Shown: positions 47,669 through 57,721 of the stretch, piece after piece
Position numbering within the stretch: position 1 is the first letter of the stretch
Layout of the letters: every line of letters starts with the position of its first letter
Position numbers and translations under genes: made by a program
Virus record (IMG/VR): IMGVR_UViG_3300016472_001133
Length of the DNA: 64,000 nucleotides
DNA from: an uncultured virus (IMG/VR IMGVR_UViG_3300016472_001133)
Lineage: Duplodnaviria; Heunggongvirae; Uroviricota; Caudoviricetes
Reading direction: 5' to 3' (one strand)
Notes under the pieces: model-generated
Told to the model about the DNA's origin: nothing
The model's input: only the letters and a program-made list of their open reading frames with translations
The model's database searches: none

Positions 47669-48229
47669 TTAGTTAACGTTAGAAACAGCAGCAATTATGG
47701 CAGCAGTTAACGTTGACAAAACGACACCAGCTCCCAACCCTATTGATGCCCAAACTAAAGGATCAGGCCTGCTCTCTCTTTCTTTTTTTAATTGAGCATC
47801 TATTCTATCGATGTCTTTCCTTTGTTCTTCAATTCGTAATTTATCTATTTTAGAATCAGACTCTGATCTAATTCTCAAAATAGTCATTTCATGTTCATGA
47901 TTTAATTTAAGTCTAGAAGTCGCACGTTCAACTTCTAATCTTATCAATTCGTCTTTAGTTTCTAAATCAGTCATGACGGATGCTACAGCAGCAGGAGACA
48001 ACAACAATCCAGTGAATGGAGCAATTTGTCCTTTTCTCATTGGAGAGATTGCTTCACCAACATCTGGCTCTGATTTAGGAATTTCTGGTATAGGAGGGAA
48101 TATTGTGGTCGTTGTAATAGGACCTTCTAGGTCGTCTGGCTCTGGACTAATCGTTCGTTCACTTGCAAAAGTGATAGAAGATAACGTCATCGAGAATAAA
48201 GTAATTAATTGGATTAATTTATTTTTCAT
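47669..48229 (-). CDS. Exported/membrane coiled-coil protein (possible spanin-like)
   Basis: Signal peptide, coiled coil, C-terminal TM. Confidence 0.5.
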   Translation of the reverse strand: MKNKLIQLITLFSMTLSSITFASERTISPEPDDLEGPITTTTIFPPIPEIPKSEPDVGEAISPMRKGQIAPFTGLLLSPAAVASVMTDLETKDELIRLEVERATSRLKLNHEHEMTILRIRSESDSKIDKLRIEEQRKDIDRIDAQLKKERESRPDPLVWASIGLGAGVVLSTLTAAIIAAVSNVN

Positions 48230-48235
48230 AAACTC

Positions 48236-48625
48236 TCACTCATCTGGCATTATAATCTTGAATCCTGTTACCTCTGACAACTTTTTTGCTAGCCCTGTTG
48301 GATCATCTTTATATTTTTCAAGAACATTTTTTACTTCTTGCTTTTTCTTTTCGTCAAGTTCTTTTTTTTGTTCTTGGTATTGTTTTTCTACAATCTCTAA
48401 TCCTTCTTTTAGCTTTTTATCAGCATTATCATGCTCTTTTCTCTCTTCTTTTCTCACATCATCAATGACGTCTAATTGCTTATCCTTGTCTTTTCTTGAC
48501 TGAGTTTGATCATCAACAGGAGAATCTTTTTTTCTAAACAAAATAAACGTAAAAATTGCTCCAAAAAACAAAAGAATGTATTGCCAATATTTTTTTGCTA
48601 AATTTATAATTTTATTCCAGATCAT
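48236..48625 (-). CDS. N-anchored coiled-coil protein (possible i-spanin-like)
   Basis: N-terminal TM then charged helix. Confidence 0.5.
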   Translation of the reverse strand: MIWNKIINLAKKYWQYILLFFGAIFTFILFRKKDSPVDDQTQSRKDKDKQLDVIDDVRKEERKEHDNADKKLKEGLEIVEKQYQEQKKELDEKKKQEVKNVLEKYKDDPTGLAKKLSEVTGFKIIMPDE

Positions 48626-48626
48626 A

Positions 48627-48938
48627 TCAATTAGGTTTATCTTTTTTTGGATCTTTAGTTAAAGAAACTGAGAAACTATTTTCTAGTTTTTGTTCTTGCT
48701 TTTCTACATGTTCAGCTGCACTTTCAAGAACTTTACATATATCTTCTATAATGGCTTGGTGAGTTTGTAGAACTTTAGATAAAGTTAAAATCGTGTCTCT
48801 TAAAGAGCGAACGTCTTGAGATAATAAAATAAGTTCATTAACTATGTTTAAGATAGTTTTTGATGATTTAATCGATGACTCAAAAATATAGTCAAACAAT
48901 TTCATCTTAGGTTTGCTAGTTTCTTTTTCGTCAGTCAT
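48627..48938 (-). CDS. Hypothetical protein
   Basis: ORF. Confidence 0.65.
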   Translation of the reverse strand: MTDEKETSKPKMKLFDYIFESSIKSSKTILNIVNELILLSQDVRSLRDTILTLSKVLQTHQAIIEDICKVLESAAEHVEKQEQKLENSFSVSLTKDPKKDKPN

Positions 48939-49233
48939 CGTTGATCATATTATACAACGTATTATGATCTAGTTCATTTATGCTATCTCGATTATATGAA
49001 GTAGACTTTTTTATAGGTTTTTCAATTTGCTCACGAGCTCTTTTTAATGCAAGATCTTCTAAAACTTTAATTGCAGATTTTTCATCTTCAATTACAAGCC
49101 TTGCAAATTCGTCAAAGATAGATTGCATCGACAATTGATATTGAAATAACTTTTCTCTTAATTTTAAATGAACGTCTTTTGTCAATTTAATATGAATACA
49201 TTTTTTATCATGCAAAATATCAGTTCTAATCAA
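48931..49233 (-). CDS. Hypothetical protein (possible ribbon-helix-helix)
   Basis: CIHIKLTKDVHLKLR...SMQSIF. Confidence 0.6.
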   Translation of the reverse strand: MIRTDILHDKKCIHIKLTKDVHLKLREKLFQYQLSMQSIFDEFARLVIEDEKSAIKVLEDLALKRAREQIEKPIKKSTSYNRDSINELDHNTLYNMINDD

Positions 49234-49781
49234 GCACCACCTCCTGAACCTCCAGCTCTATCTGCAAGTGGTGCTTCAAATTTTTCATCTTCAATTTCTA
49301 TTTTTGATTTTCCAATTGTAATATCATAAGAATCTTCTAAAACGTTCTTAAATTCATTAACAACATCTTGCTCATAATTTTCAATCAAAAAATTAACAGC
49401 TCTTCTTGCCAACGTATTTCTAACTTCTAATAAAGAGTCGTAATTGTCTATCAACCTTGAAACGCTGCCAGCAAATTCCTCGACGTCGATATCTTCCATC
49501 TTCAATTTCTTTTTTTCTTCTTTTTCCTTATCAGATCCTTTATCTTCGTCTGCTTCAAGCAATTGTGTTGTTGAAGATGATAAAAACCTGCGGGTCATCA
49601 TCCTGAAATCTAACCCTTCATTTTTTTTAGTTTTTGCTTCTGATTCATAAGACATAAGAAGATCATCGACTTGTTGGTCTAAAGAATCTTTTAATTCTTT
49701 CTTGTCTCCTTCAACCAATAATTTTACTTGCTCACGAATAATCTTCTTTAATTGTGATACGTTTAATTTACGATTCATCAC
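49230..49781 (-). CDS. Hypothetical protein
   Basis: Coupled ORF, SQLKKIIREQV N-terminus. Confidence 0.75.
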   Translation of the reverse strand: MMNRKLNVSQLKKIIREQVKLLVEGDKKELKDSLDQQVDDLLMSYESEAKTKKNEGLDFRMMTRRFLSSSTTQLLEADEDKGSDKEKEEKKKLKMEDIDVEEFAGSVSRLIDNYDSLLEVRNTLARRAVNFLIENYEQDVVNEFKNVLEDSYDITIGKSKIEIEDEKFEAPLADRAGGSGGGA

Positions 49782-50542
49782 TTCACCTTTATGGCTTGAG
49801 AAATTAACTCAGCTTTCTTTACTCTTTCCTCAATCACATCCCAATCAAATTCTCTCATTCTTGCCACAAGATGACTCTTTTTGTCATTCAAGTAATCTCT
49901 ATAATAAGCATGTTCCCACATGTCAACAACGATAACTGGATATAAACCAAGCATGACGTCTCCGCTGTGGTGGCTAACTACAGTATTGACGTATCTTTGC
50001 AAAAAGATATGATATCCGCACACGGCCCATCCACTCCCTGAAGATAATGCGCAAGCCATGAAATCTTTTTGCCAATCTTCAAACGTTCCGAAATCTCTTT
50101 CAAGTCTCATATAGGATAATGAATCCATGGTGATTTCAGAGTGAGGATCAAATGCATTTGCAAAATATAGCTCATGAAGCCATGTCGCATTTAAATTATA
50201 AACTTCATCGAGTTTTAAAGAACGATATTGAGAATGTTTAGAATCAGCTGCATTTCGATCTGCAGAATCTAGCTCTGCGGAAATTTTGTTTAAAGATTCG
50301 ACATATCCTTTATATAAGGTGTCATGTGCGTCTTTTGTTTTTTGAGTAGAAAATTCAGAAACTTGCTTAAAAACCTTAGGCTCAGCAACATAAGCTTCAT
50401 CTAGTTTTTCAGCAGTAGGCAATTCTTTAGTTTGTGCTTTAATTGAATTTTTTACTGCATCCTTGAGGATATTATCTAAGTCTACGCCTAAAGATTTAAT
50501 GTTCATGATAGCATCATCACTTTCTTTGATATTCGTTCTCAA
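49778..50542 (-). CDS. sod: Fe/Mn superoxide dismutase with N-terminal extension
   Basis: HDTLYKGYV, LHELYF, GSGWA, DMWEHAYY; start may be 50506. Confidence 0.85.
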   Translation of the reverse strand: MRTNIKESDDAIMNIKSLGVDLDNILKDAVKNSIKAQTKELPTAEKLDEAYVAEPKVFKQVSEFSTQKTKDAHDTLYKGYVESLNKISAELDSADRNAADSKHSQYRSLKLDEVYNLNATWLHELYFANAFDPHSEITMDSLSYMRLERDFGTFEDWQKDFMACALSSGSGWAVCGYHIFLQRYVNTVVSHHSGDVMLGLYPVIVVDMWEHAYYRDYLNDKKSHLVARMREFDWDVIEERVKKAELISQAIKVK

Positions 50543-50888
50543 AAGCTTGTTTTGTTATAACTATTGTTTTCTCGCCGTTACCAGAATCTGGTCTGCTTAA
50601 AGTAATCGTTTTATCCTGATCGTTCACTGAAACTACAGTATAAACTAATCCAGAAGTGGGGTCACCTTTAACATTTATGCGTTTGTCATCTGGCATCTTT
50701 TTTTGTACCTTCAAACCAACATCAATCACGTTCTCTTTACTTCCATCTCCATCGACGTCGACTTGCATCTTTAACCCTCGTGGCTTTTTCTTTTGCGAGG
50801 GAGTTTCTGAGAGTAAAGAATTAACTTTTTTTTGCCATTCTTCTCTCATAAGATTGATAATGTAATTTCCTGTAAGCTTTTGCTTCAT
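50517..50888 (-). CDS. Hypothetical protein
   Basis: GGAG RBS. Confidence 0.7.
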   Translation of the reverse strand: MKQKLTGNYIINLMREEWQKKVNSLLSETPSQKKKPRGLKMQVDVDGDGSKENVIDVGLKVQKKMPDDKRINVKGDPTSGLVYTVVSVNDQDKTITLSRPDSGNGEKTIVITKQAFENEYQRK

Positions 50889-50916
50889 GTTATCTCCATG
50901 TCTAAGTAATTATCGA

Positions 50917-51393
50917 TCACGCTCGAATATTCATGATAGCAGCTGGGTTTTGCAAAATATCATCAAATTTAGTGCAAGAAGTTCCAGTAATCTCAAAAAT
51001 ATGATCGGTAGCGGCTTCTGCATCAGTATAATCAGCATAATACACAATATCCTTGATCCCACTATTAACAATCCTCCTTGCACACATCGAACATGGTTTA
51101 TGCGTGCATAACATTAAAAGATCATTTCTTAATTCATATGGTTTGCATAAATGAAACAATGCATTTTCTTCCGCATGAAGAAAACCAGATTTACCATGGT
51201 CTAAAGAAGATCTCTTATTAGGACCTCCCTTATATCCTCCGTTATACCCTATTGCACATACTTCTCTATAGTCTTTAGTGATTATGATTGAAGCAACTTT
51301 ATATTTGTCGTCGTATGACAATGAAGATAATTCATTACACATTTTCATGAAAACTGACAACTTTTTTACATGTCGATCCAAAGAATTTGACAT
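50917..51393 (-). CDS. dCMP deaminase
   Basis: GYNG, HAEENAL, PCSMC. Confidence 0.88.
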   Translation of the reverse strand: MSNSLDRHVKKLSVFMKMCNELSSLSYDDKYKVASIIITKDYREVCAIGYNGGYKGGPNKRSSLDHGKSGFLHAEENALFHLCKPYELRNDLLMLCTHKPCSMCARRIVNSGIKDIVYYADYTDAEAATDHIFEITGTSCTKFDDILQNPAAIMNIRA

Positions 51394-51395
51394 AA

Positions 51396-51974
51396 TCAAC
51401 CTCTTGTAGAATAAACTCCATCTCGATTTAAGATTGAAGGATGGCAACGAGAACATCTCGGCTCATATAGTTCATTTCCTCCAACTTCTATTTCATCTCC
51501 ACCTGTTTGTTTCTTATACGTGTAAAAAGCGTCTTTATTACATACTGTACAAACTGCGCTTAATTTTTCTACCTTCGTTGCCCAAGGCAACATTTTTTCA
51601 ACTTCTAAGAATGGTTTTCCAGTTGCAGATAAATCCAAGCTAGAAACCACAACTGAATACCCGCTTCTATATAACCAAACCAATACATCTGCTACTCCTG
51701 GTATCATAAAGGCTTCATCAACAGCAATTACTTGAGGATTTTCTTCCATATTAGCAAGATGCTCTAAGATATCAGTTCCTAACTTTACGCAAATTGCCGG
51801 CATTTTCCATCCCCCATGCGTAGAAACGTCAGATTCGCTATACCTGTCATCTAACTTCGGTTTAAAAACAGCAATCTTTTTACCTTGATACTTGAATCTA
51901 TCAAGAACAGATAATAAAGAAGTAGTTTTTGCAGAAAACATCGGCCCGCAAAATACAGTAAATGTTGTGGTCAT
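51396..51974 (-). CDS. tdk: Thymidine kinase (type II)
   Basis: GPMFSAKTT, VDEAF, AVCTVC, YEPRCSRC. Confidence 0.92.
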   Translation of the reverse strand: MTTTFTVFCGPMFSAKTTSLLSVLDRFKYQGKKIAVFKPKLDDRYSESDVSTHGGWKMPAICVKLGTDILEHLANMEENPQVIAVDEAFMIPGVADVLVWLYRSGYSVVVSSLDLSATGKPFLEVEKMLPWATKVEKLSAVCTVCNKDAFYTYKKQTGGDEIEVGGNELYEPRCSRCHPSILNRDGVYSTRG

Positions 51975-52972
51975 GGCTTCGTAAAATACCTATACCCTTC
52001 AAAAATTGTTGATGAAAGAAGATCATTTGACGTTTTTTGATCATCTAATTTCAATGCTTTGTGAGATGCCAAAACTTTACACCAATCTTTCCAATAATCA
52101 TTAGAAAAACCAAAATTCTCTACAGTTTTGATCAAAGAACTTGAAGTTTTAGATTTTCTTAGATCTTTTTCAACAGCCATTAGATCTTCAAGAGGAATAT
52201 CACTAGGCATCAGAGGCATCTCAGGAATGTTTCGATAATCTTGCTTCATATCTTCATTAAGTATTTTTTCGACCATTTTAAAGTGCCTCTCGTACACATG
52301 TAGAGATGCGCTAAGGTGCGTATAAGACCCTAATCCAATTGATCTTCCAAGCTCTTTTGTTAATTGTACAGCGAGCAATTCTTGGAAAATTGTGAAAGCT
52401 GGCACGTCGTATGCCAAGCCAAGGATGACATCTGAAGATCTCATAGAAACGACCATGTGTACTTTATCATTTCGCAAGAAAAATTGCAATGATAATGTGC
52501 ATGGAACATCGAGCTGTGCTAACAATGAATCTTGTGGGGAACGAATATGAATAACTGCACGTCTTGAATCAGGATCAGATTTTAGTTCATTGATAACATA
52601 ATCCCATTGCGTCCAATCTTGCTTGATTGTCGATGCAATTCTATCATGAGGTTTAAAAATTCTTGCACCATAAGCGCTATTAGCTGTGCTACCGTCATCA
52701 GAAATTTTAGACCAAAACGCAGAATAATTGCTAATCCATTCAGTGGAATTATTTCCACTCAAATACCATAAAAGTTCAGCAATCATGTAATGAACTGACA
52801 AATCTCTACCAGGAACATAAGGAATTCTGTTTCTAGGATTTAGAATTTTAAATTGATATCCTAAAATTTCTTTAACCTTCATACCTCTAGGCGATGAAGT
52901 AAATTCTGGATTAGAATAGACATCTTTTATGATGTCAACATAAGCTTCTGTGAAGTTATTATATGCTTTCAT
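51971..52972 (-). CDS. Thymidylate-synthase-family enzyme, probably dCMP hydroxymethylase/methylase
   Basis: DSRRA, DVPCT, MRSSDVILGLAYDV (Asp where dUMP-specific TS has Asn), SLHVYERH. Confidence 0.75.
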   Translation of the reverse strand: MKAYNNFTEAYVDIIKDVYSNPEFTSSPRGMKVKEILGYQFKILNPRNRIPYVPGRDLSVHYMIAELLWYLSGNNSTEWISNYSAFWSKISDDGSTANSAYGARIFKPHDRIASTIKQDWTQWDYVINELKSDPDSRRAVIHIRSPQDSLLAQLDVPCTLSLQFFLRNDKVHMVVSMRSSDVILGLAYDVPAFTIFQELLAVQLTKELGRSIGLGSYTHLSASLHVYERHFKMVEKILNEDMKQDYRNIPEMPLMPSDIPLEDLMAVEKDLRKSKTSSSLIKTVENFGFSNDYWKDWCKVLASHKALKLDDQKTSNDLLSSTIFEGYRYFTKP

Positions 52973-52973
52973 A

Positions 52974-53936
52974 TTATGCCTTAAGAATCAAAGTTTTAAT
53001 CATATCCCAATTTTCTTCATACCACTTTATGGTTAAATCTAGGCCTTCCCAAAATCTCACCAACGGTTTGTATCCTAGGATTTCCTCTGTTTTTGAAATG
53101 TCTGCAAGCGTGTGCATGACATCGCCTGGTCTCCATGGTGCATCATGGTACTTAGCATTTGGATATTTGGTCAAAAGGTATTGAAGAATTTCTTTATTTG
53201 TTGTCCTGTCTCCACATGCAATATTTAAACATTCTGCTTTCAAAGCATGATCAACTTGAATTCCTTTGATGCATGCATCAACTACGTTGTCTATGTAACA
53301 CATATCTCTAGACTGCGTTCCATCTCCGTCTGATCTCATTGAGGTTCCACTTTTGATTGCAGTGAGCCAAGATCCAACGACTGTTGCATAAGGAGAACCC
53401 CCAAGTTGATTTGGTCCAAAGACGTTAAAAAACCTAAGGCAAACTGAATCTAATCCGTATAAAGAGCTATACAATCTTAGATAATCTTCTATGATTGATT
53501 TTTGTAAAGCATATGGAGATTGAGGGTTTTTATTTTGCAAAATTGTTGTGGGAAGTACATCAGTATTTCCATAAACTGATGACGACGATGCAAAAACTAT
53601 TCTCTTTACATTATTCTTACAAGCTTCAATCAACCTTAAAGTCTTTGAAACGTTGATATCATTTGTCTTTATAGGATACTCTACAGAGTAACTTACTCTT
53701 GGAACAGCAGCGATGTGCATTACATAATCATACTCTTTATTGCGTATCTTTTCTAAGATTGCTTCGGAAGAAAAATCGTCAAGAATCAATTTTGATTTGA
53801 TATTTTCAGGCAAAAACTCAATAAATCCATTTGACAAATCATCCACAATATCAAAATCAAAATTTAATTCTTCCAATTTACGAGCAATATTGCTTCCTAT
53901 AAAACCTGCGCCGCCTGTTAATAAAACTTTTTTCAT
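52974..53936 (-). CDS. NAD-dependent nucleotide-sugar epimerase/dehydratase
   Basis: TGGAGFIG, ASSSSVYG, SPYALQK, RFFNVFGP. Confidence 0.92.
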   Translation of the reverse strand: MKKVLLTGGAGFIGSNIARKLEELNFDFDIVDDLSNGFIEFLPENIKSKLILDDFSSEAILEKIRNKEYDYVMHIAAVPRVSYSVEYPIKTNDINVSKTLRLIEACKNNVKRIVFASSSSVYGNTDVLPTTILQNKNPQSPYALQKSIIEDYLRLYSSLYGLDSVCLRFFNVFGPNQLGGSPYATVVGSWLTAIKSGTSMRSDGDGTQSRDMCYIDNVVDACIKGIQVDHALKAECLNIACGDRTTNKEILQYLLTKYPNAKYHDAPWRPGDVMHTLADISKTEEILGYKPLVRFWEGLDLTIKWYEENWDMIKTLILKA

Positions 53937-53991
53937 AAAAACTTCAATAAAATATTACTGCGCAAACATAAAAAGTTCATTAATTATGATA

Positions 53992-54711
53992 ATGAAAACA
54001 TTCAACGTAATAAACAAATCATCTAAGATATCAAAAGAAGATTTAGAACTAATGGTTGAAGCTTGCAGAGTTCAATTAAAAGATCATGCTGCTCCGCTTC
54101 TTGGAAGGATTGAATGGGAAATAAAAATTGATGGCAACGATGGATTTCCGATGGTCATAATGGATGATAGTGATCACGCTACTGCATTAGGTTATCATTC
54201 GCAAGATCCTGATGGGAAAGTTTGGGGTAGAGTGTTTGTAAATCCTATCTTAAATAACGGAGGAACGATATTAAATGGAACAAAATCTGTTTCTGTCGTT
54301 CTTTCTCATGAAATTCTTGAAACTTTTTATAATCCTTTTATAAATCTCTGGTCGCACAGAGGGGACGAAACTTTTGTTGCAGTTGAAGTTTGCGATCCAG
54401 TAGAAAATAGCTCTTATGAAATAAACATCAATGGAAAAAACGTTAGCGTTTCAAATTTTGTTCTAGACCCTTGGTTTGATAAAGAAATGATAAATGAAGC
54501 AAGATATGATTATCTATCTACAATAAAAGCGCCTCTTACACTTGCACATGGGGGATATAATATAATTTTAAATTGTGAAACCGGCGAAATTAAACCTACA
54601 TTTGAATCAAAACAAAATGAAGATGAGCATAACTTAATAAAGCCAAGTCATGTTGCAGCTAGAACAAGTAGGAACATCGCAAAAAAACAACCTTCTATTC
54701 AGAAGAAATAG
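53992..54711 (+). CDS. Putative zinc metallopeptidase
   Basis: ALGYHS...SHEILET...EVCDPVE. Confidence 0.55.
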   Translation: MKTFNVINKSSKISKEDLELMVEACRVQLKDHAAPLLGRIEWEIKIDGNDGFPMVIMDDSDHATALGYHSQDPDGKVWGRVFVNPILNNGGTILNGTKSVSVVLSHEILETFYNPFINLWSHRGDETFVAVEVCDPVENSSYEININGKNVSVSNFVLDPWFDKEMINEARYDYLSTIKAPLTLAHGGYNIILNCETGEIKPTFESKQNEDEHNLIKPSHVAARTSRNIAKKQPSIQKK

Positions 54712-54904
54712 AAGACTTATTTGAAGCGTAAAGATCTTTATACCAACCTCCACCTTTCAAAGTAAAACCTCCGCCGGCGGAAATTAAGCGTTTCATTGTC
54801 TCTGAATTACAATTGGGGCAAGTAGTCAAAGGATCATCTTTTATTGATTGAAAGGTTTCCAATAAATGTTTGCAAGCTTCACATTGATATTCGTAAGTCG
54901 GCAT
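54695..54904 (-). CDS. FmdB-family zinc-ribbon protein
   Basis: MPTYEYQCEAC...CPNC...GGGWY. Confidence 0.85.
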   Translation of the reverse strand: MPTYEYQCEACKHLLETFQSIKDDPLTTCPNCNSETMKRLISAGGGFTLKGGGWYKDLYASNKSSISSE

Positions 54905-54911
54905 GTTAACC

Positions 54912-55694
54912 TCAAGAAGTAATTACGACTGGAAATAAAACAATTTGTCCTGATACTTTTTGAACGCCAGGTTGTCTGACATTTTTTAAAACTCCATTAT
55001 GATTAATAAGATCACAAAAAGAAGGATTTTGAAGAACATCAGAGAATCTATATTCTACATCATCAATCCAACATTGTTGCGAAACAAGTTGACAAATCTG
55101 CGAATAATCACTATGCCTTGAATCATGGGCTACTGCATTAGGTTGAATAACTTTAACTTGCTTTCCATTTATGCTTTTAAATGTAGACGCACAAGGAAAT
55201 CCATTTATTCCTTGAAAATTTGATCCAGTAAAATGCCATCCATAATTGCAAGCACGATTAGGAGATTGATCTATCTTTTTGTCCAAAATCCAATGTTTTC
55301 CAACCGTTGAAACAATTCCTCCTGAATAGACGCCTAATTGTTTAGTGACTTTACTATCATGAGAAATCATGGAAGCAACAGTCGTTGAAATTGTTTGCGG
55401 AGATGGATTTAAAATATGACTTGCATTGATGTACATTAAATCAGCAACTTGTGCCGTTAACAACGATGCATCAAAAATGTCAGCTAGCTGTTGTTGCAAC
55501 GTAGCAGAAACGTTCACTCTAATGCCTCCGATCTTCAAGGCGTCAGACATTACATTTAATCTAACTTTTTTTCCTGAAACAGTGTATTCAAGCGATGACC
55601 AAGAAGCTTCAAAGTTTCCTGACATAACTTGATCAAAAATAAATTTTTCTCTATCAGGGATCTTTTCAGGAAATGTCAATGATGTCGTAGTCAT
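54912..55694 (-). CDS. Hypothetical conserved protein
   Basis: NYGWH...HDSRHSDYSQ. Confidence 0.75.
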   Translation of the reverse strand: MTTTSLTFPEKIPDREKFIFDQVMSGNFEASWSSLEYTVSGKKVRLNVMSDALKIGGIRVNVSATLQQQLADIFDASLLTAQVADLMYINASHILNPSPQTISTTVASMISHDSKVTKQLGVYSGGIVSTVGKHWILDKKIDQSPNRACNYGWHFTGSNFQGINGFPCASTFKSINGKQVKVIQPNAVAHDSRHSDYSQICQLVSQQCWIDDVEYRFSDVLQNPSFCDLINHNGVLKNVRQPGVQKVSGQIVLFPVVITS

Positions 55695-55697
55695 ATG

Positions 55698-56687
55698 TCA
55701 TTTCTTCCAGAATGAATACATGTTTTTCTCAATTTCATAATTCATCATTTTTGTTGGACGGTTCGGTTGTTCTAACGCCCATTTAAACATTTTCATAACA
55801 GTTTCTCGAAGATTTGTTTGGTCGTTAAACCCTAAGAGTTCATGAGCTTTCGCATGGTCGCAATAAGCTGTGTGAACCTCATTCCTCTTTTCTAGATGAA
55901 CTTTCGTTGCGTTAATTCCCAATTCTTTTGCTACATCGATTACTACATCTGCAGCTTCATTGATCGTATAATATTTGTCTGCACCAATATTAAAAATTTC
56001 TCCGTCATGAGACATCATAAGCTTCTCGAAAGGTTCCATATAAAACTTAATATCAGAGAATGCTCTAACTTGTGTTCCGTCACCAAAGATAGACAGAGGT
56101 TCATTGTTCATGGCTTTACGAATCCAAATGCCTATGACGTTTCTATATCGATCCCAAATGTTTTGATAAATGCCAACGACATTATGTGGTCGAACAATAC
56201 TGTATTTTAGACCAAACATTTCATGAGCAAGCTTCAAATCCATTTCAACTGCATACTTTGCAATTCCGTATGGGTCTTCTGGCGTTGGTAATTGATCTTC
56301 TGTAAATGGAGGCTTTCCTACGCCGTAGACGGCCATTGATGAAGTAAAAATAACTTTCTTAACATTGTTATTAACACACGCGTTAATAATATTTGCAGAA
56401 GAAAGAACATTATTCGTGTAATTGTAATTTCTAATAAATGGACTTAATCCTTCTGCTGCATATGCTGCAAAATGAAAAACATAATCGGGCTTTTCAGATG
56501 AAAAGATACTTTCTACTGCGTCTCTATCCCAAAGATCTTGTTCGTAAAACGTCACATCTTTATGAACTGAATCGACGTATCCTCCGCTGAGGTCGTCAAT
56601 TCCTACGACCTTGTATCCTTTTTCTAAAAGGTATCTAGAGAAATTGGCACCAAGAAGTCCTGCAACACCTGTAATTAATACTTTCAT
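55698..56687 (-). CDS. Second NAD-dependent nucleotide-sugar epimerase/dehydratase
   Basis: TGVAGLLG, TSSMAVYG, DPYGIAK. Confidence 0.92.
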   Translation of the reverse strand: MKVLITGVAGLLGANFSRYLLEKGYKVVGIDDLSGGYVDSVHKDVTFYEQDLWDRDAVESIFSSEKPDYVFHFAAYAAEGLSPFIRNYNYTNNVLSSANIINACVNNNVKKVIFTSSMAVYGVGKPPFTEDQLPTPEDPYGIAKYAVEMDLKLAHEMFGLKYSIVRPHNVVGIYQNIWDRYRNVIGIWIRKAMNNEPLSIFGDGTQVRAFSDIKFYMEPFEKLMMSHDGEIFNIGADKYYTINEAADVVIDVAKELGINATKVHLEKRNEVHTAYCDHAKAHELLGFNDQTNLRETVMKMFKWALEQPNRPTKMMNYEIEKNMYSFWKK

Positions 56688-56694
56688 CTTTTCC

Positions 56695-57720
56695 TCACTT
56701 AAGTGACTCTAGAAAATCTACAACACTGTTAATTGAAAATACACCGCTTGACTTTAAATTATTTTCTTGTTCTAAAATTAATTCGGTTCTATCTTCAAGA
56801 TTCATAGAAGAAATTAAACTAACCTTTTCCACAACGGACCCAGAACCATTTACTGTCCAACGGCTTCCTAATAATGAAGGAATTAAAAACTCTTCAGGAA
56901 CAAGCGCTGGAACGTTTGAAACTATATTTTCAACGTATCTAGGAGAAGCGAATCCTCTCTGAGCATACTCTGGTTTAGTTATGTGAGTCGTACAGATAAA
57001 AGAATTTAGCCTCTTCATTGAATCATAGAAATTTAATCTAGGAGCAAACGCAACATTTGGGTGCGATTGAATCAAAGACTTTGGCGATTCACGTTCTGGA
57101 GAAACTTCTAACCAATTACCATGAACAGTCGTTTGAATACCTAAGCTTCGCAATCCCGCTGAGGGTAAAGAATAATATCTCTCAAATGCCTGAGGCCTTT
57201 CATAATTGTTGCCAACATATCCGTATTCAAAAGAAGTCGAATTGACTGGCATTAGCTTCTTCCAGTTCGTCCAAAACATCAATCTTTCGCGTTTCCTCGT
57301 TAGATTCCTCGGTTCGAAAGCAGGATCTGCGATAATTGCTTCAGGCCACATCATTTCGTCAACATGAGAAACTTTATAATCGCAATCCCAAATCACGACA
57401 GGAATTTTCCCATGATATTTTGACAACAACGCAAATTGCCTGTCAAGATCTGGCTCAAATTTATCAGGTCCAGAATTTTTATACGTTTTCCAGCGCCATT
57501 CAACGAATAGGATATCTAAATCAGGAAATCCATCATCATATTTCAATCCTGGATATGGTGTTGCTTCTCGTTGTTGTTGGAGCGCATATACATCATGACC
57601 TCTATCAATCAAAGTATCGACCATGATGGGCCGACCATAACGATGACCATCCGGCGTTTTGGCCTCTTTTGATGATTCAAATGACTCACAAAATCCCCAA
57701 TAACTGATTCCTATTTTCAT
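56695..57720 (-). CDS. Putative DNA glycosyltransferase (T4 beta-glucosyltransferase-like, GT-B)
   Basis: MKIGI start, YGYVGNNYER, ASPRYVENIVSNVPALVPEEF resembles the BGT segment ITLRVWETMASDAVMLIDEEF as recalled. Confidence 0.6.
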   Translation of the reverse strand: MKIGISYWGFCESFESSKEAKTPDGHRYGRPIMVDTLIDRGHDVYALQQQREATPYPGLKYDDGFPDLDILFVEWRWKTYKNSGPDKFEPDLDRQFALLSKYHGKIPVVIWDCDYKVSHVDEMMWPEAIIADPAFEPRNLTRKRERLMFWTNWKKLMPVNSTSFEYGYVGNNYERPQAFERYYSLPSAGLRSLGIQTTVHGNWLEVSPERESPKSLIQSHPNVAFAPRLNFYDSMKRLNSFICTTHITKPEYAQRGFASPRYVENIVSNVPALVPEEFLIPSLLGSRWTVNGSGSVVEKVSLISSMNLEDRTELILEQENNLKSSGVFSINSVVDFLESLK

Positions 57721-57721
57721 A

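Noticed and set aside
53740..53991. N-terminal extension of the plus-strand ORF 53740-54711
   Set aside because: It overlaps the epimerase gene antisense; a start at 53986 or 53992 after TAATTA is more plausible
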